Made by a program: the position numbers and the translations under genes. This document shows, piece after piece, positions 1-15,596 of a stretch of DNA of 64,000 nt. The DNA is from Paraspadella gotoi (taxonomy: Eukaryota; Animalia; Chaetognatha). Every line of letters starts with the position of its first letter. Positions within the stretch are counted from its first letter, which is position 1. Under the pieces are notes generated by a model. It worked only from the letters and a program-made list of their open reading frames with translations, had not been told where the DNA came from and did not search any database. The stretch covers positions 10,949,832-11,013,831 of the forward strand of contig CM119264.1 of assembly GCA_051294375.1 (NCBI GenBank). The letters run 5' to 3'.

Positions 1-362
1 ATTACTCCCCAAAATTCAGCTTAACTTGATAACTTAGTTATAAATGAAATTACCCTAAAAAGAGTTTTTTTTCTGACAATGTTAAAATTTATTGTGCCTG
101 TGTTAGGAGTAAGGCAGACGAGTAAATTAGGCTTCATTGCATTGCCAATCAACCAGGGCTAAAAATTTAAAAACGCAAACTATTTACAACCATTTTCAAT
201 TTATTAAATAATTAAAATAACGTAATAAAACTAACTTTGAACACCATAATTTGTTAACTATTCATCAATATTAAGGCCGATATTGAAGTCTACAATAATA
301 ATTAAATTTAAATCCAAGTAAAGTAGAACACAAGTTCTAACGCAAAATTAAAAATTTATCCA

Positions 363-873
363 TCAAAGCTCATCGTGCTCCTGGAGGACGTTAACGACGA
401 AACGCTCCAGCAACCAATCGTCGACCGTTGCTCCCTCTTCGACGGCTCTAGGCAACAATGCCGGACAGTTTCTCTCGCAAAACGGGATGAACGACTGCGG
501 ACCAAGCGAAAATATTATTATTATTATTATCAGCTCTCTATGACGTGGAACAAGGAAAAGTGAAAATACAATGCGAAACAGCGATCCCACTTTATTTCTT
601 TTTTATACCCTGACTGGTTTTCCGTCTACAACATCGTCGGAGTCCAGCAGACCGCAGATGTCTTCGCAAACGATTTTATCAGACGGAGACTTTTCCACCA
701 CGGCACGAATTTCCGCTATCAATTCCTTTGATTAGTTGGAAACAATAACGAAAATCGCAGTAAAATATTCCCGGTATACTTTAAATTTTGTTTACTTTAA
801 ATTTTTTTCGGTTTTTTTCCTTGGCAGTGACGATTCCGAGGAAGAAGGTAGAAAGTAAAAGCACCAAAAACAT
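363..873 (-). CDS. Small putative ER-luminal protein (signal peptide, twin CX3C, C-terminal HDEL), 3 exons, ~100-108 aa
   Basis: Exons 873-820 (or 873-796), 725-609, 494-363 all join in phase 0: MFLVLLLSTFFLGIVTAK|ELIAEIRAVVEKSPSDKIVCEDICGLLDSDDVVDGKPVR|SFIPFCERNCPALLPRAVEEGATVDDWLLERFVVNVLQEHDEL*. Hydrophobic N-terminus and terminal HDEL are mutually consistent. Intron 2 is AGG|gtataa...ccgcag. Confidence 0.7.
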
Positions 874-1758
874 AACCTTGATAAACAAAGCAAACAAGAA
901 TGTCAATCGAGGCTGGAGACCCGAAATCGATTGCTAATTCATCTCACCTTCATTTTTCTTTCCAGAGAAAAAGTCTGCGGCAAAACTTAAGTATCCCACG
1001 AAATTTGGCTAGAAGTAATGGGTAAAACCCCCAAAGTAAGCTGATGTTATTCTTATCTCCTGTTAATTGACTGATGAACGTTTAGAAGATGACTATAAAA
1101 GAAGAAGCCAATGGTAGTTTTCGTATATTCTCAGATCGGAAGATGTGGAATAACGTCAATAATGTAAATCCTAAGTATAATTTTAATTGACATTCTCGTC
1201 TAGTACGTTTTATAATAGTTTAGCTTTAACGCGGCAGTATAAAGTTCGTAATTAAAGCTTATGATATCCAGTTTATCCACCATGTGACTTTTGTTTTCTT
1301 TGAATTGTTTGATTAGCTTTCTTGTAAAAAAGCTTTCTGATAAAATGACATGACTCCCTTTTTTCTATTTGATTACCAAAAACGACAACTTTTATAGTTT
1401 TGTTTTCGTGAAAAACATGACGAGAACAACTCCGACTCGTGGTCCGGCCCCTTTACATCCACTTACATCCTACAAGCGTCCGACCCCTCTTTTATTCACC
1501 CTTGATTTTGGGGGTTTCTCTGCCGAAAAAAAGCGGCGGTTAATCGAAGCTCACGAGATTAGGACTCGGGCTAATAAGTTTTCAATGGGCTTAGGGAAAT
1601 TCAAGCGATGGTTCTATGATAAGGTGATTAAAGCAGACTGAGTGTAGTAGAGGGGGGGGGAGAGGGAGAAGGCTCTGGTTTTCTTTTCTCTCCTTCGGTG
1701 ACAGAAGGAGGCTGAGCCGAAGAACAAACACAAATGTTTTGGAGGAAGCGGATTTAAA

Positions 1759-1789
<31 letters not shown>

Positions 1790-3160
1790 GATAAGATTGA
1801 GTAAAAAACCTTAAATACTAACTTTAGCTGCGTTTGAGTTGGCAAAAACCGATTTAAAGTAAAAAAAAAAACTTTACCGCAAAAGAAAATGTATACTAAA
1901 TAAGACAATCAGTATATATGAACGTTCTTTCACGATTTTCGAAGTTCCATTATGCCCTTTCCGTCTCCTCCCGCCGCGACGGCCAAAAGGCCCTTCGTGT
2001 TTTGGAAACCCGCTATTATTAAGTTGGAAACTGTTTGTGTTCTGAGAATCAACATCTGTAAACCGAGCAACGAATGTGACGGACCCCACGCCCCCTGGAA
2101 ACGACAGAAGGATCCCCACCCTAAAGGTGAGGGCTCTCGAGATGCCTCGGGGGGGCGAAGACGGCTTCCGCTGGCTGCAATCGCTTCGGGGTTAGAATCA
2201 GTTAATCTCGTTATATTGACCCTCGAATAAAACTAATCGCTTTATTATTGACCATTTTGATTTTATGTTTTTATTTACGGAATTTACGTTTATAACAGAA
2301 CAATTTATAAATTTATAACAGTAAAACTAAAAGTAGATGAAATTACAAAAAATATTAAATGAAAGTAGCTATTTACTTCTTTTTCACTATTAAAAAAACA
2401 TCAGAAACGAAAACCAGATCCTCACTACTCCTGTTATAAACGTATCCATTATCCAGTGTCGTCGCCCTCATCATCGATAGAAGACCAACATGCGGGCGGA
2501 GAATCACATCACAATCGATTCTCTTGTTTGTGAAAGATGAAGGGGCGGAAAATGAATCCTAACTTGATTCTTAGATGAATAAAAAAAGTTGGTTCAATCA
2601 CATCTGCATTTGAGATTCTTCACAGGAAGTCTTACATAAAGTGAATTGCAGATCACTTCGTGAAAGTTAATGATGAATGAGATACAGGAATTTTAAGACA
2701 GTAGCAAAATGTAGATGAACCTGATCAAAATGTAAATACAAATTGCTTTTTAAAAATTTTAAGCTGATACACATTTACAACTATTTCACCTTCAACATAA
2801 AATTGGCGATTTTAATAATTTTATCTAGCAGCAAGTCAGGCAAGTCTCAAATGAAACTGAAGCTGCGAATCTCCTCTGTATTATTTATTGTTTTTATTCA
2901 TATCGGAATTGATCATAAAATTATTCAGTCTATCTACCCGATTCAAGGATTTTACACGTGAATAATGAATATTTTCTCGCGATTCTAAGAGCGTAAGAAT
3001 CGGTTGCCACGATTCCGAGACGGAAACGGATCCGCCAGTAGGATTTTAAGACCGATCTCAAATGGAGACGGCGTCTTCGTGATTTGGAGGACAGCGATGG
3101 GATCAGCGTTGGAGAAAAACAGGACAAAGGCCGGCCAAATCCGGACAAAAACTGGGCGAT

Positions 3161-3217
<57 letters not shown>

Positions 3218-3630
3218 CATCTTGTTGTGAAAAAAAGGCTGGTTCCCCCTTCGTCGTCGATGTCGTCGCGGCCGGTTTAAAGGCGGCGCCAAAAGAGAGA
3301 AATAAGGGAAACATCTGGAAGTTCATGTCGTCGTCGTCGTCGTCGTCGTCGTTTTCTTCAATGTCTTCGTCAAGGACGTCGTCTTTCACAACTTCGTTGC
3401 CAAAGATTAGATCGCTGAGAAAAAGTGACGTCAACGACGAAAAATCGAAGAAAATTGACGAAAAAAAAAGAGTCTTGAAGAAAACGAGAAAATGAGTAAA
3501 TGAGAAAGGAAAAGAAAATGAAAAAAAAATCGTGAATGCCGTTGAAAGAAGAAAGGAGCCATAAGAAAGAGTAAAAGTGTGAAAGAAAATAGGATCTTAA
3601 GAAACTCCTTAAAAATGGGGGGAAGGAAGA

Positions 3631-3751
<121 letters not shown>

Positions 3752-5764
3752 AAAAATGAATCACAAATTGGAAAAAACGTATAAAAGAAAGTTATTGTCG
3801 TTGTCCTTTTTCACAGGACTGTTTCTTACTTCACTATAAGGATACAAACATTAAGAAAGATGATTCAGGTTTTCGTTTTGTATTCGTTATTTCTCGGTGC
3901 GGATCACAGCAATTGACAATCGTACTCAATGGGAAAGAAGAGCTCACCGCGAGTAGAGATAAAGGTTCCCACACGCAAAGCGCTTTTGTAAGCGCAATAT
4001 TGGAGAAACTTTTTTTGACAAGAGGACACGGACGAGCTATTTCAGTCGCCCAGAGGTTTTAGCGTCGAGGGGGTATTGCTCGATTCCGTGGCAGTTAGGC
4101 TTGCCCCCAGGGTCCGCCCTATTTAATAAAGTGCGAATCAAAAAACTTGTCACTTTCCGCTTGGTCGCTAGAGCGTCAAGACCAACCGGCAAACAAAAGG
4201 CCACGTTGGAAAGTTTAACCCCATTTTTTTTAAAATTTTGTTTGTTTTTAAAAAAAGTTTATTTTTCCCATGAGATCCAAATCGAAGTTTTTTTCAATTC
4301 CCCTTCAATTCCGCTGCTTTGCGAAAACAAGAATACGAAATATGCCTTCTAAGAAAACCCTCAGTAGCTGTATTCGTGTATTTCCGTCCTTAAGTTTAAT
4401 TAAATAATTATCTCCCACTAAAGCAGCATCGTTTTTCAGTATCGTTTTCTCCCTTGAGTCTTTGATAAATTCATTTACATGCAGTTTTACGATTTAGCTT
4501 AAATTTTTCTATAATACATCATCAATAGCTTTCGTTACAAAATCTAATGTGTTGTCTAAAACTATCTTAAAATTATCTATTTTCAACTGTCTTTAATTTA
4601 ATATTATTTATATAATCAAACACCATTGTTCTTGAGCTGATTGCTTTTTATTTTCGAGCCAAAATCAGTTGGAATGCGGTTCAAAATGCTGTTCACGTGT
4701 TAATTGCAAGTGCGAGACAGACGAAAAGAATTAGTCAACAATACGCAATAAAATAATCACGAGTCAATCACCAATAACACAGAAAATACAGAGTCATGGA
4801 TCAATATTCAATAACGACAACGGCAAATAAACAGTGAAAGTCACAGGCGCAAGAAAAATATGCAATTTCTCCCCACAATATTGACTCGTGAGAGGGTGAA
4901 GTTGTGAATCTAAGAATGATTTTTTTTGGTTTTTCCTTTTTTTAATAATTCAATTCTAAAATGGGAAGTCGGAATTAATAAATTCATTCCATTTTCTACG
5001 GGGAATAGGTGATTTGTGGAACATTAATTTTATTGCTTTAATTGTTTTTCTTACCTTTAGTACTTTTAAATATCGATCGTTATATATTTTTAAAAAATCA
5101 TCTTAAATACGAGTACAGACTCTCAAAGAGTTTTTTAAAAATTATAATAAATTGTACTAGTTTCATTGGGTGGATGTGGGCTCCGTATCGCATGCAATTT
5201 TTTTTCTCAATAGTAGTAATTTATATATATTTTTGTTTGTGGTTTTGGTGCAAAAACATATTGTCATTGTACGGTAAATATATTGTGAGCAATGATAAAT
5301 GTGATAGTCGTTCACAAAATCAGTTTTAACTCTTGTTCCGAGACGAGAAAGAGATCCGTCGTAAATGAGCCTATAAATCCAAGTGTATCCATCCGTCCAT
5401 CCATCCATTTTCGCGACTTTGACGCCGCGTGACGCGATTGCTACCACAGACGCGGCCAACGCCGACGACGCCGCCGTCGCCGACCCTGCCGACGCTTTCC
5501 AACGCCGGCCCTGCCCACGCTTGCCGACGCGTCTCATCTCGGCATGGTTCTTACGCTTCTTTCCTCCTTTGTCCTTACGATCCCTCCGGCGACGCGAGGA
5601 TTCGTCATCGTCGTCGTCGTCGTCATAGTCGTCGGTTCGTCGAATCCACGCAGATTTTGTTCCATGAGGAAATTGAGAAACCCGAAGACTTTCTCTTGAT
5701 TTCGTCGCGAAGCATCTGAAGGAAAAGATAAAAGGGAAAACCATGAGCTTGTCTGGTCTGTCTG

Positions 5765-5810
5765 TTTTTCTTTCTTTCTTTCTTTCTTTCGCTTTCTTTC
5801 TTTCTTTTCT

Positions 5811-5844
<34 letters not shown>

Positions 5845-6058
5845 TTCTTTCTTTCTTTTTTCCTTTTTTTTCTTTTCCTCTTTCTATTTTATTTTTTTGT
5901 ATTCTTTTACTTCAGGCATTCTCTCCTCTCTCTCTTCTCTCTCTCTCTCCTCTCTCTCTCGTCTCTCTCTCTCTCCTCTCTCTCTCTATTCTCTCTCCTC
6001 TCACTCTCTCTTCTCTCTCCCTCTCTCTCTCTCTTCTCTCTCTCCTCTCTCTCACACT

Positions 6059-6150
<92 letters not shown>
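5765..6150. repeat. (CTTT)n followed by degenerate (CT)n
   Basis: Direct inspection. Confidence 0.9.
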
Positions 6151-6152
<2 letters not shown>

Positions 6153-7215
6153 AGAAGAACAACAAAAAAAGATTGTAAAATATTCGAGACTCGAAAAAGA
6201 TGCGAGAAATTCGAAATATAATTTTCGTACGCGTGCGTCCGACCTTTCGGGATGGAATGTCGGGAAGCGGAGGCAGTGTAAGCTCGACGGAGAAGAATGA
6301 AGAGAAAGGAGGGGAAAATGAAGTAAAAAGGATAAAGAAATGAAAGCAAAGAACAAAGACTGAAAAAGAAGGGAATGAAAACGGGAAAATGTAATGGACT
6401 AACGATTAAAGAAAATTGTTTTTTTTCAACATTGAAAATAAAATGAATCGAGAAATGAATAAACGAAATTAACTCTAAACTGTAAAGTGATGAACCAAAA
6501 ATGATCTGATATAAGATATAGTATAGGAGGAGAAATGAAGAGAGAGGTAAGTAAACAAGAACAGAAAGTGCGGAAGACGTCCGAAGAATGATGAAAGAAA
6601 ACAATGAGAGAAAAAAAAAGATAAAGACAGAAGGGAAACCGAAGGGATTTTTTTATTAATTCCTTTCGTGTGTGAATGTTTATTTATACTTTTTTAAAGA
6701 CTCGTGCTTCTCGGTACTAAACCCCCTCAGATGATAGGATATTCGAAGGAGAGCCGCCGGGTTGCGGAGGACCTATTGTGATGAAGTCTCGAGTTGTGAT
6801 AATAGTGCTGAATCTGTGATGATAAAGAGTCGAAACAGGAGTGATAAAGATCAGGACTTGAAGCAATGTAGGAAAAGACTTGAAACTTGGTAATAAAATG
6901 ATAAAATAGTGAGTCGGAAGTGAGATGCTTATCGATTCTTTCAAGTGTGAACAAGAGCGATTGCAGCGGCTGTGATCTGAAAAAAATTGGCAGGAGTGAT
7001 TCGGTTTGTCACCGCCAGTGACGCACGTGTAGCCGTGATTCACAGTTTGAGAAAAAAATCGATTAAATTCGCCCAAATCGCTTCTCTGATCTCCGAGTAA
7101 TTGATTTCGGATTTTTTTTTCCTCGAGAGAGCGAAATTTGTCTTCGAAACACCAGGAGTGAGTTGCGCCGGTTTCCGAGGAAAATTCTTTAATCAAGCCT
7201 GCCTGAAATTCCTTC

Positions 7216-7252
<37 letters not shown>

Positions 7253-9493
7253 TTCTCTCTCTCTCTCTCGTTCTCTCTCTCTCTCCTCTCTCTTCTCACT
7301 CTCTCTCTTTCTCTCTCTCTCTCTTCTCTCGTCTCCTGCTCTCTCTCGTTCTCTCTCTCTCTCAAGCATGCTATAAAACCTCCCGATTGAACCTCTCTTC
7401 TCTCTCTTGAAAATGGGAAGAACAGCAAAACCCCCTTTTAATTCGAGGTCGTCATCAAAAATCTTAAAAGAAACTTTACAGGAGATGAAAGCTTTGGAAG
7501 AGAAGCCAGGCAAAGCTCGAAAAAGACAAGCAAAGGCGAATAAGAAGGGCAACTCCGCGAAAGCCGGGCAAAGGGGCGCGTCTTGTTAGAATCCTTTCTT
7601 GTTCAGGGCGTTTGGGCGTGGCACCAAAGTCGCCGCGCCTCCGTTCCCCTCACGTTAGGGAAGAGGTTTAGAAGGTCGGGCCCCCTAATGGACTTTTATT
7701 CTCCAATTATTCTATTTTCGTTTTGGGCTTTTAGGCTTTAAAGAAGAACGTCGTCCTTTTCGTCGTCGGGGTCATCGTCTAAGTTCCTCCGAGAGGCTTT
7801 TACTACCCATTCTCCAACATTACTTTTCCAGCTTTTAACTTTACAGCCTTACCTCCCCGCTATCTCCGCGGCCTTTTTCCAACCCCCCTCCTCCCACAGT
7901 TACGCATTCTCCACGCGCGACCCTTTACGTCTTCACCTAACGCGTCGACGATAAATCTATTCTCGTCGCCGAAACGACGCCATAAAATCGCGAAATCGCA
8001 AATCCACGAAAACAAAGGAAAACTAAGGGAAGAAAGGATTAAGGAAATGTGTCAGGGAAAAAAAAAAGAAATTCCATTTTATAACGGTTACATATTTAAC
8101 ACGATATTGAAAGAAAAACTATATTCTAACTATTCTCTCATGTATAGGGCGTCGGTCTCTGCAAATCAAAAGGCAAGCGAAAACTTACAACTTAAACGAT
8201 AAAGTGATGAGAAACAAGAGAAAAAGTAGCAATAAAAAAAGAAAAAAGAATAAAATGCGACGACTCTTTTTATCGGAAATGACAGAGAAAAAAAAAAGAA
8301 CAAAAGTTACGAGACGAAAAAGAATTGTTTGCATCTTCGAGCGTAAAAATGAATAAGATGAGAAAAGGGGATGAGAATAACCAATAGTGGGTGGGTCTGT
8401 GGGAAAAGATATAATTATGAAAGTGTAAAAAAAGCTTTAAATGAGTTTGCATAGGCTTTCTTCTCGTACGGGAATCGTAGGATGCTTTGATGTAAGATAT
8501 AATTTAAAATTTTCGTCCGAAATGGCCGGAAGAAAAGGGAAAAGGGAAAAGGGAAAAGGGAAAAGGGAAAAGGGAAAAGGGAAATGGCCGGAAGAAAAGG
8601 GAAAACTCTCAAACATTCTCCAGTGGAATATATGAGGTCAACTCTGACCTCTGCGAAAATGACCTTCGACCCGAAGTCGAAAAAAAGTGGTTTTTTGTTT
8701 TTTTTTACTTGGCGAGACGTTGGGCCAAAAGGTTAATTCTTATGGAAAGAGGGAGCAGCGAGGAAGAGGAAGAATAAAAGTAGAGGGCGAGGGAGTGTAA
8801 GAAAAGAAGGGAGAGCGTCGTTCGACCTCGTGGCATGACGGGCGTCCGAGTTCGCGTTCAACGGCGTACTGGCTTTGGAATTTGGATAACCGATGACCAC
8901 GCAACAGTCGACAGTCCACATCTCCGTCGCATTGTCCATCTCACACCGCTTTACCTCTCCCGTTTCCCTCCTTCCTCGTCTCGCCCTCCCCCACCCTCCA
9001 CCCCCCGGGAGGCCCCATTCGATGCCATCCGCCTCCTTCGCTTCAAAAGCGGATCATCTCCGCATCGAATTTCGGAAAACCGAGAACGAGTCCGTCGAGT
9101 CCCGCAGATTTCGACGCCGGCGAGAACGAGGGTCGCGAGACGATGGCGGGTCGACGTTGGGTAAGGCTACGTCGGGTAAGTCTCGATCGAAGAGCGTTAG
9201 AACGTCGTGGGCGATGGGTAAGGCGGGCCGATAAGAACTGAGTTTGTAAAAATCGATACGGTCAATGACCGGCGGTCATACGTAGGAAAATTTGTTGCTT
9301 CGAAATCGGAAAATCTGAAAGAAACGAATTTTCGGGAATCCGAAATTCCATAAGAAATTCCACTGAAATTCCATCTCATCTCGAGTCCGGATTCCTCTCG
9401 ATGCGACTCGATTCCTCGAGATATTTTTTGCTCGATTCTTCTTCTCTCGATGCCAATCTGGATAAACGGGAGGACAGTGGCGACTCCTGGTAT

Positions 9494-9575
<82 letters not shown>

Positions 9576-10062
9576 TAAATGTTAAGTCGGGCGAAATGCA
9601 AGGTCGTTGGGATCGAATCGGATGCAATCGCGATCTACATTTCAATTCTTATTCTCATTCTTTCTTCTTTCTTATTTTTTCTTTCTATCCTCCCAAGTGT
9701 CGGAATCTCATTCCCTCTTCCTCCTTCTGCAATTGAAATGTTGTCAAATTCCCCCCCGACCGCCCCCCCCCCTTTGGCTCTTTTTTTTCCCTTTTGCCAT
9801 CTCGTAATCAAACAATTTCTTTTCCTTCTTTTCTCCATTTATTATTATAAAGAAAAGGAAATAAGATCCAGTGTAATTTCGCTTTTCTTTAACCTTGCCA
9901 TCCTTTCTAAATTAAATATTCCATTCGTTTCTGAGCAGCGACGAAAACTGTCGACCTTCGATGTCAAAACGTCGACCTCAATCACAATCAGCCTTCCCCC
10001 TCTCTCCCGGTCTTAAGAGGCTGCGTCATTCCAAGCTTTTAATCAACCTTCTTCATCTCTGA

Positions 10063-10096
<34 letters not shown>

Positions 10097-10544
10097 CGTT
10101 CATTTCGAGGAAGAGCGACAAGAGTGAAAACCTTTTTCCGATGATCATAATTAGCAGTTGTAGTTGCTTAGATGATCTTAAAAGGTTAGACGTTTCGTGC
10201 AAAAAGTGACAAAATTTCCGGCCTAAATTAGTCGAAACACAAGTTTAAAACCAAAACTTGAGAGGATTACAGTAGGTTCTCAAACTGAAGCGGTTCTCGT
10301 CCGTCGAATCCGTTTTCAATTTGAGGATAAAGAGGATAATGAACGCGTCGCCATCAACTCCCTCATCATAGCAGAAATTGAGAAAACAAAAGAAGAGAAT
10401 GAATGACGTTGACAAGAGAAAATGAAGATGAATCAGAGGAAAGAAATGAAATATGAAGATAGGAATGGGTAGGAGAAAATGGAGGCTGGAAACGGTTGAA
10501 GTTGGAAAGGGGTAAAAGAAAGAAAAACGGAAAGGAAGGAAGGA

Positions 10545-10552
10545 AAGAAAAA

Positions 10553-10584
<32 letters not shown>

Positions 10585-10605
10585 AGAAATAAGAAGAAAG
10601 AAAGA

Positions 10606-10641
<36 letters not shown>

Positions 10642-10709
10642 GGAGAGATAGAAAGACAAAAAGAGAAACTAAAAATCTAAAAAGAAATAAAAAGAAGAGA
10701 AGAGAAAAG

Positions 10710-10796
<87 letters not shown>

Positions 10797-10797
10797 A
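10545..10797. repeat. (GAAA)n microsatellite
   Basis: Direct inspection. Confidence 0.9.
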
Positions 10798-11285
10798 ATG
10801 AGTTATTCACCGCCAGAGTCTTTGCATTCTATCGGCCAAGCCCCTTTCTCTCTCTCCATTCATTCAATAATTTTATTTTAAAAATTTTACACGAAGGACT
10901 TTTTTTCTCTTAAGAAATCTTGAAGAAGAATGGCAAGGGATCATTGATCTTATCATATTCTCTCTCTCTCTCTCTCTCCTCCCTCATCTCTCTCTCTCTC
11001 TCTCTCTTTCGTTCCCCACCGCGTTTCTCGCATTTTTTTTCCTCCTAGAAAACGAAGACATCAAAGGAAAAAAAATTGAGAACAGATGGAGACTGAAATG
11101 GGCGGACAATTTTTTTTTCTCAAGACGAGACAAGCCACAAGGTGAGTTGTGACAGCTTGGCCCCACGAAAGAAAAATGGAGCAGAAAGGAAAGAAAAGCG
11201 ATAATGAGAAGGAAGGGAAAAAGCATCAGTCAAGCATCTATCTGATTTATGGACAGACGGACCGACCGAGCGTCAAAATACTGAC

Positions 11286-12657
<1,372 letters not shown>

Positions 12658-13023
12658 GATGAGCGGGGGCGACGATATGGAGATGAAACGTTCTCTGTTG
12701 AGGGGGAAAAGTTTTTTTTAAAGTCATTCATTGGTTTTTTAATCGATGGATTTTAATATGTAAATACACATTAAGCAAGTGACTTCTATTCAAATAAAAT
12801 ATAAATGAAAGAGAAACCAAAAGTTAAGATTCAATCCTGAGCTGACTCACCAATTCAGCGCCGGCGATGGAATTCGAATGGAATCCCAATGGAATCGTGA
12901 GGAACGAGGAGTCTTCACGCGTGAGTCATCGGCCTCCTTTCTCCTCTCACGCGCATTCCGTCGTATCGTGCGATCGGGGACGGCGGGACGACCACACACA
13001 GAGAGAGAGCGAGACCGAATCGG

Positions 13024-13030
13024 TTTTATA
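13024..13030 (-). promoter_or_regulatory. Candidate TATA box of the HLH gene
   Basis: TATAAAA on the minus strand lies just upstream of a CpG-rich stretch that ends in a TTG|gtgagt donor at 12851/12850 (probable non-coding first exon). Confidence 0.4.
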
Positions 13031-15503
13031 GTTGAACTTTTTTGTTTGTAGTTTACGTACTGTATGTAATATATTTTGTGACGTGAGAAGGTCGAAGAGA
13101 GATTTTCGCGAATTTGAGAGAAATCAAGAGTCGACAAAATAAAACTTTTTTTAACCGATAAAACGAAGGAGCTGTTTTTTTCCGGTGACTTTTACGATTC
13201 GATTTTGGGGAATATTTAAAACTAAATGCACAAACATTCGTAAAGTCTTGAGTAAACAAAAGTAACTCGGGACGATGGAACCGGAACGAGAGAGATAGAG
13301 AGCGAGAAACAAAAGAAAAGAGCGAGAGCGAGATGGAGAGAGCGAGAGATGAGAACGGGGAAAAGCGATGGGATGACGTTTTATAAGTGGAGCGTGGAAT
13401 GCCGATGGTGGAGGAGGAAGAGGAGGAGGATCGGGCGCGCCTTCCTCGGAGGAGAAGAGGAAGAAGAGGAGACGAAGGAACTGATCGGGAATTTCTCTCT
13501 CGCTCTCACTCTCGTTCTCGATACTGTGGCCCAATAGCGCGGGATGGGAAACCGGCCCACGAGAGAGAGACGGGCTTGAGAGTGGAAGTCCGCGCGGATC
13601 GGGAGAGTGAGTTAGATTTTGACATTGAATAATAACTATGAAACTAGTGAAATTTCTGTAAATAAAAACAAAAAACAAATCAATTACCTTTCACAACGTT
13701 AGTGAAGGTGGAGAAACATACAATAAAATTAAAACGCGAGTCCTGCAATCACGTCGGGGTAAAAACACTTAATCACGAAAATTGCCCCCTGTAAATCGCT
13801 AAGTAAAAATTCCACTAGAATTTCCTTATTGCATCTCTAAAAGTTTTTTTGGGTCAAATTATAAGTTCTTTTTCAATCTCCGTAGATCTGAATTATAGAT
13901 GTCTGAATAGTATTCAGTGAATACAATAGATTGCGAATATGACGTACTTTAAACCAATATTGTACATTTTTGTAAATGAAACTTTCAAGCCATTCGATCT
14001 ACCTTTATAAATCATTTAAAAAATCCTTATTGGCTCGACAGCAGCTATATATAAGAATTTGTATGGGCTCAACCAAGCTTGCATCTCCAATCTCCATGAT
14101 TGCACCTCTGGTCGTGCACCCTTTCCACGTCGTTGCGTCCGCACGTTCGACTCTCAAAAAAGAATCCTCGAAAAATATTCTGGGAACGACGACGACGACG
14201 ACAACAACAACGGCGACTTCGAACAAATATTCCGCGCGACTCACATACGGCAAACAAGCTACGACGCCTTCTCATTGGTCGACTAGACGCCCGTGCGAGA
14301 ACCTCAAAGACGACCGCCGATTGGTCGAATTGAAATTCTCGAATAGTTTTCGGCCTCCGTTTGGTTCATTTGATTCAATCCTGGCTTCCGATTGGTCGAA
14401 ATACACGAAACCCATGGATGACGTGATTGCTGAGAAAGCTAAATGGGTTCTTCGCCTTTGGAATCGTCGAATATTATCAGACTTGGTCGTTCCATCATTG
14501 CTGATGGTCGATGATCCTTGTCTTTTGCAATGATCATAATTCGTCTTTATCATTGCAGTCTACAAACTATCGACAGTTTGTCGTCGTTTGACTTCGTCTT
14601 CGTTTTCTCTCTTTCGTCCTTGTTCCTCACCGTTCGTCGTTCGACCTTGTTACCGACGAGGAAAAGTCAGTGAAGGGTGAAGCCAGGGTGTTGCGTGATG
14701 TCGGGCTGGTTGCGGAGTATTGGGGGGGGGGTGCAGTGAGGAGGGAAGGAGGAAAAAAGCTTTCCGTGAAGAGAGACCACCAGACTCCAGTTTTTACGTG
14801 AACCGAAACGTGAAAAAAGAAGCAAAATAAAAAAAGGAATTCGGGAGGAAAAAGATTTTCCTTTTTTGTTCCGACGATCGTGACCCGTGAAGTCAACCTT
14901 CTCCCAGACAAAGAAGGCACTAAAATAGAAAACAAAAAATGGAGTGAAAGAAAGTGAAGAATAAAGGAATGAGTTGGTCTGAATGGATGGAATTATTAAT
15001 CACAGAATGACCACACAATTACCCATACATATAAAACATATTAAACATAAAGAAATTTAAAATGACTCATAGTCATACATGCGATCAAAAAATTGAAAGC
15101 CGTTACTAAAGTGGGTGGTAATTTGAAATGAATCCAGGAAAAAAAAAACTAAAATGAGCTTTCCCATGTACATTTTCTTTTAAAGGAAAAAAAAATAACA
15201 TTTCGACGACCTTGCCCTTCCCTTGTTTTTTTTTTCAGTCGAGAAAAAGGAAAGAATACAAATTAAAGGGAAAGAAAAACAGGGTTCTAATTAGAAGAGA
15301 ATCCATTTGCGAATGAAAAGTGAGGTATTAATGATTTTTGCGTTGAACAAACACTCGTCTCTTCCATTGAACGTCGAAGGCCCCGAGTTGCCCGCCGATT
15401 ACCGACCGAGTGTCGGGCCGTCAATCGGCCGACTCGCCGGCCGATCTCTCGCTTTTTGATGTCCGTCGCTGGGCAGAACAGACGGTCCCCCTCATTTCCT
15501 CTC

Positions 15504-15596
<93 letters not shown>

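Noticed and set aside
13976-14533. 185-aa ORF
   Set aside because: No recognisable motif or splice support; the region looks more like a CCAAT-rich regulatory island.
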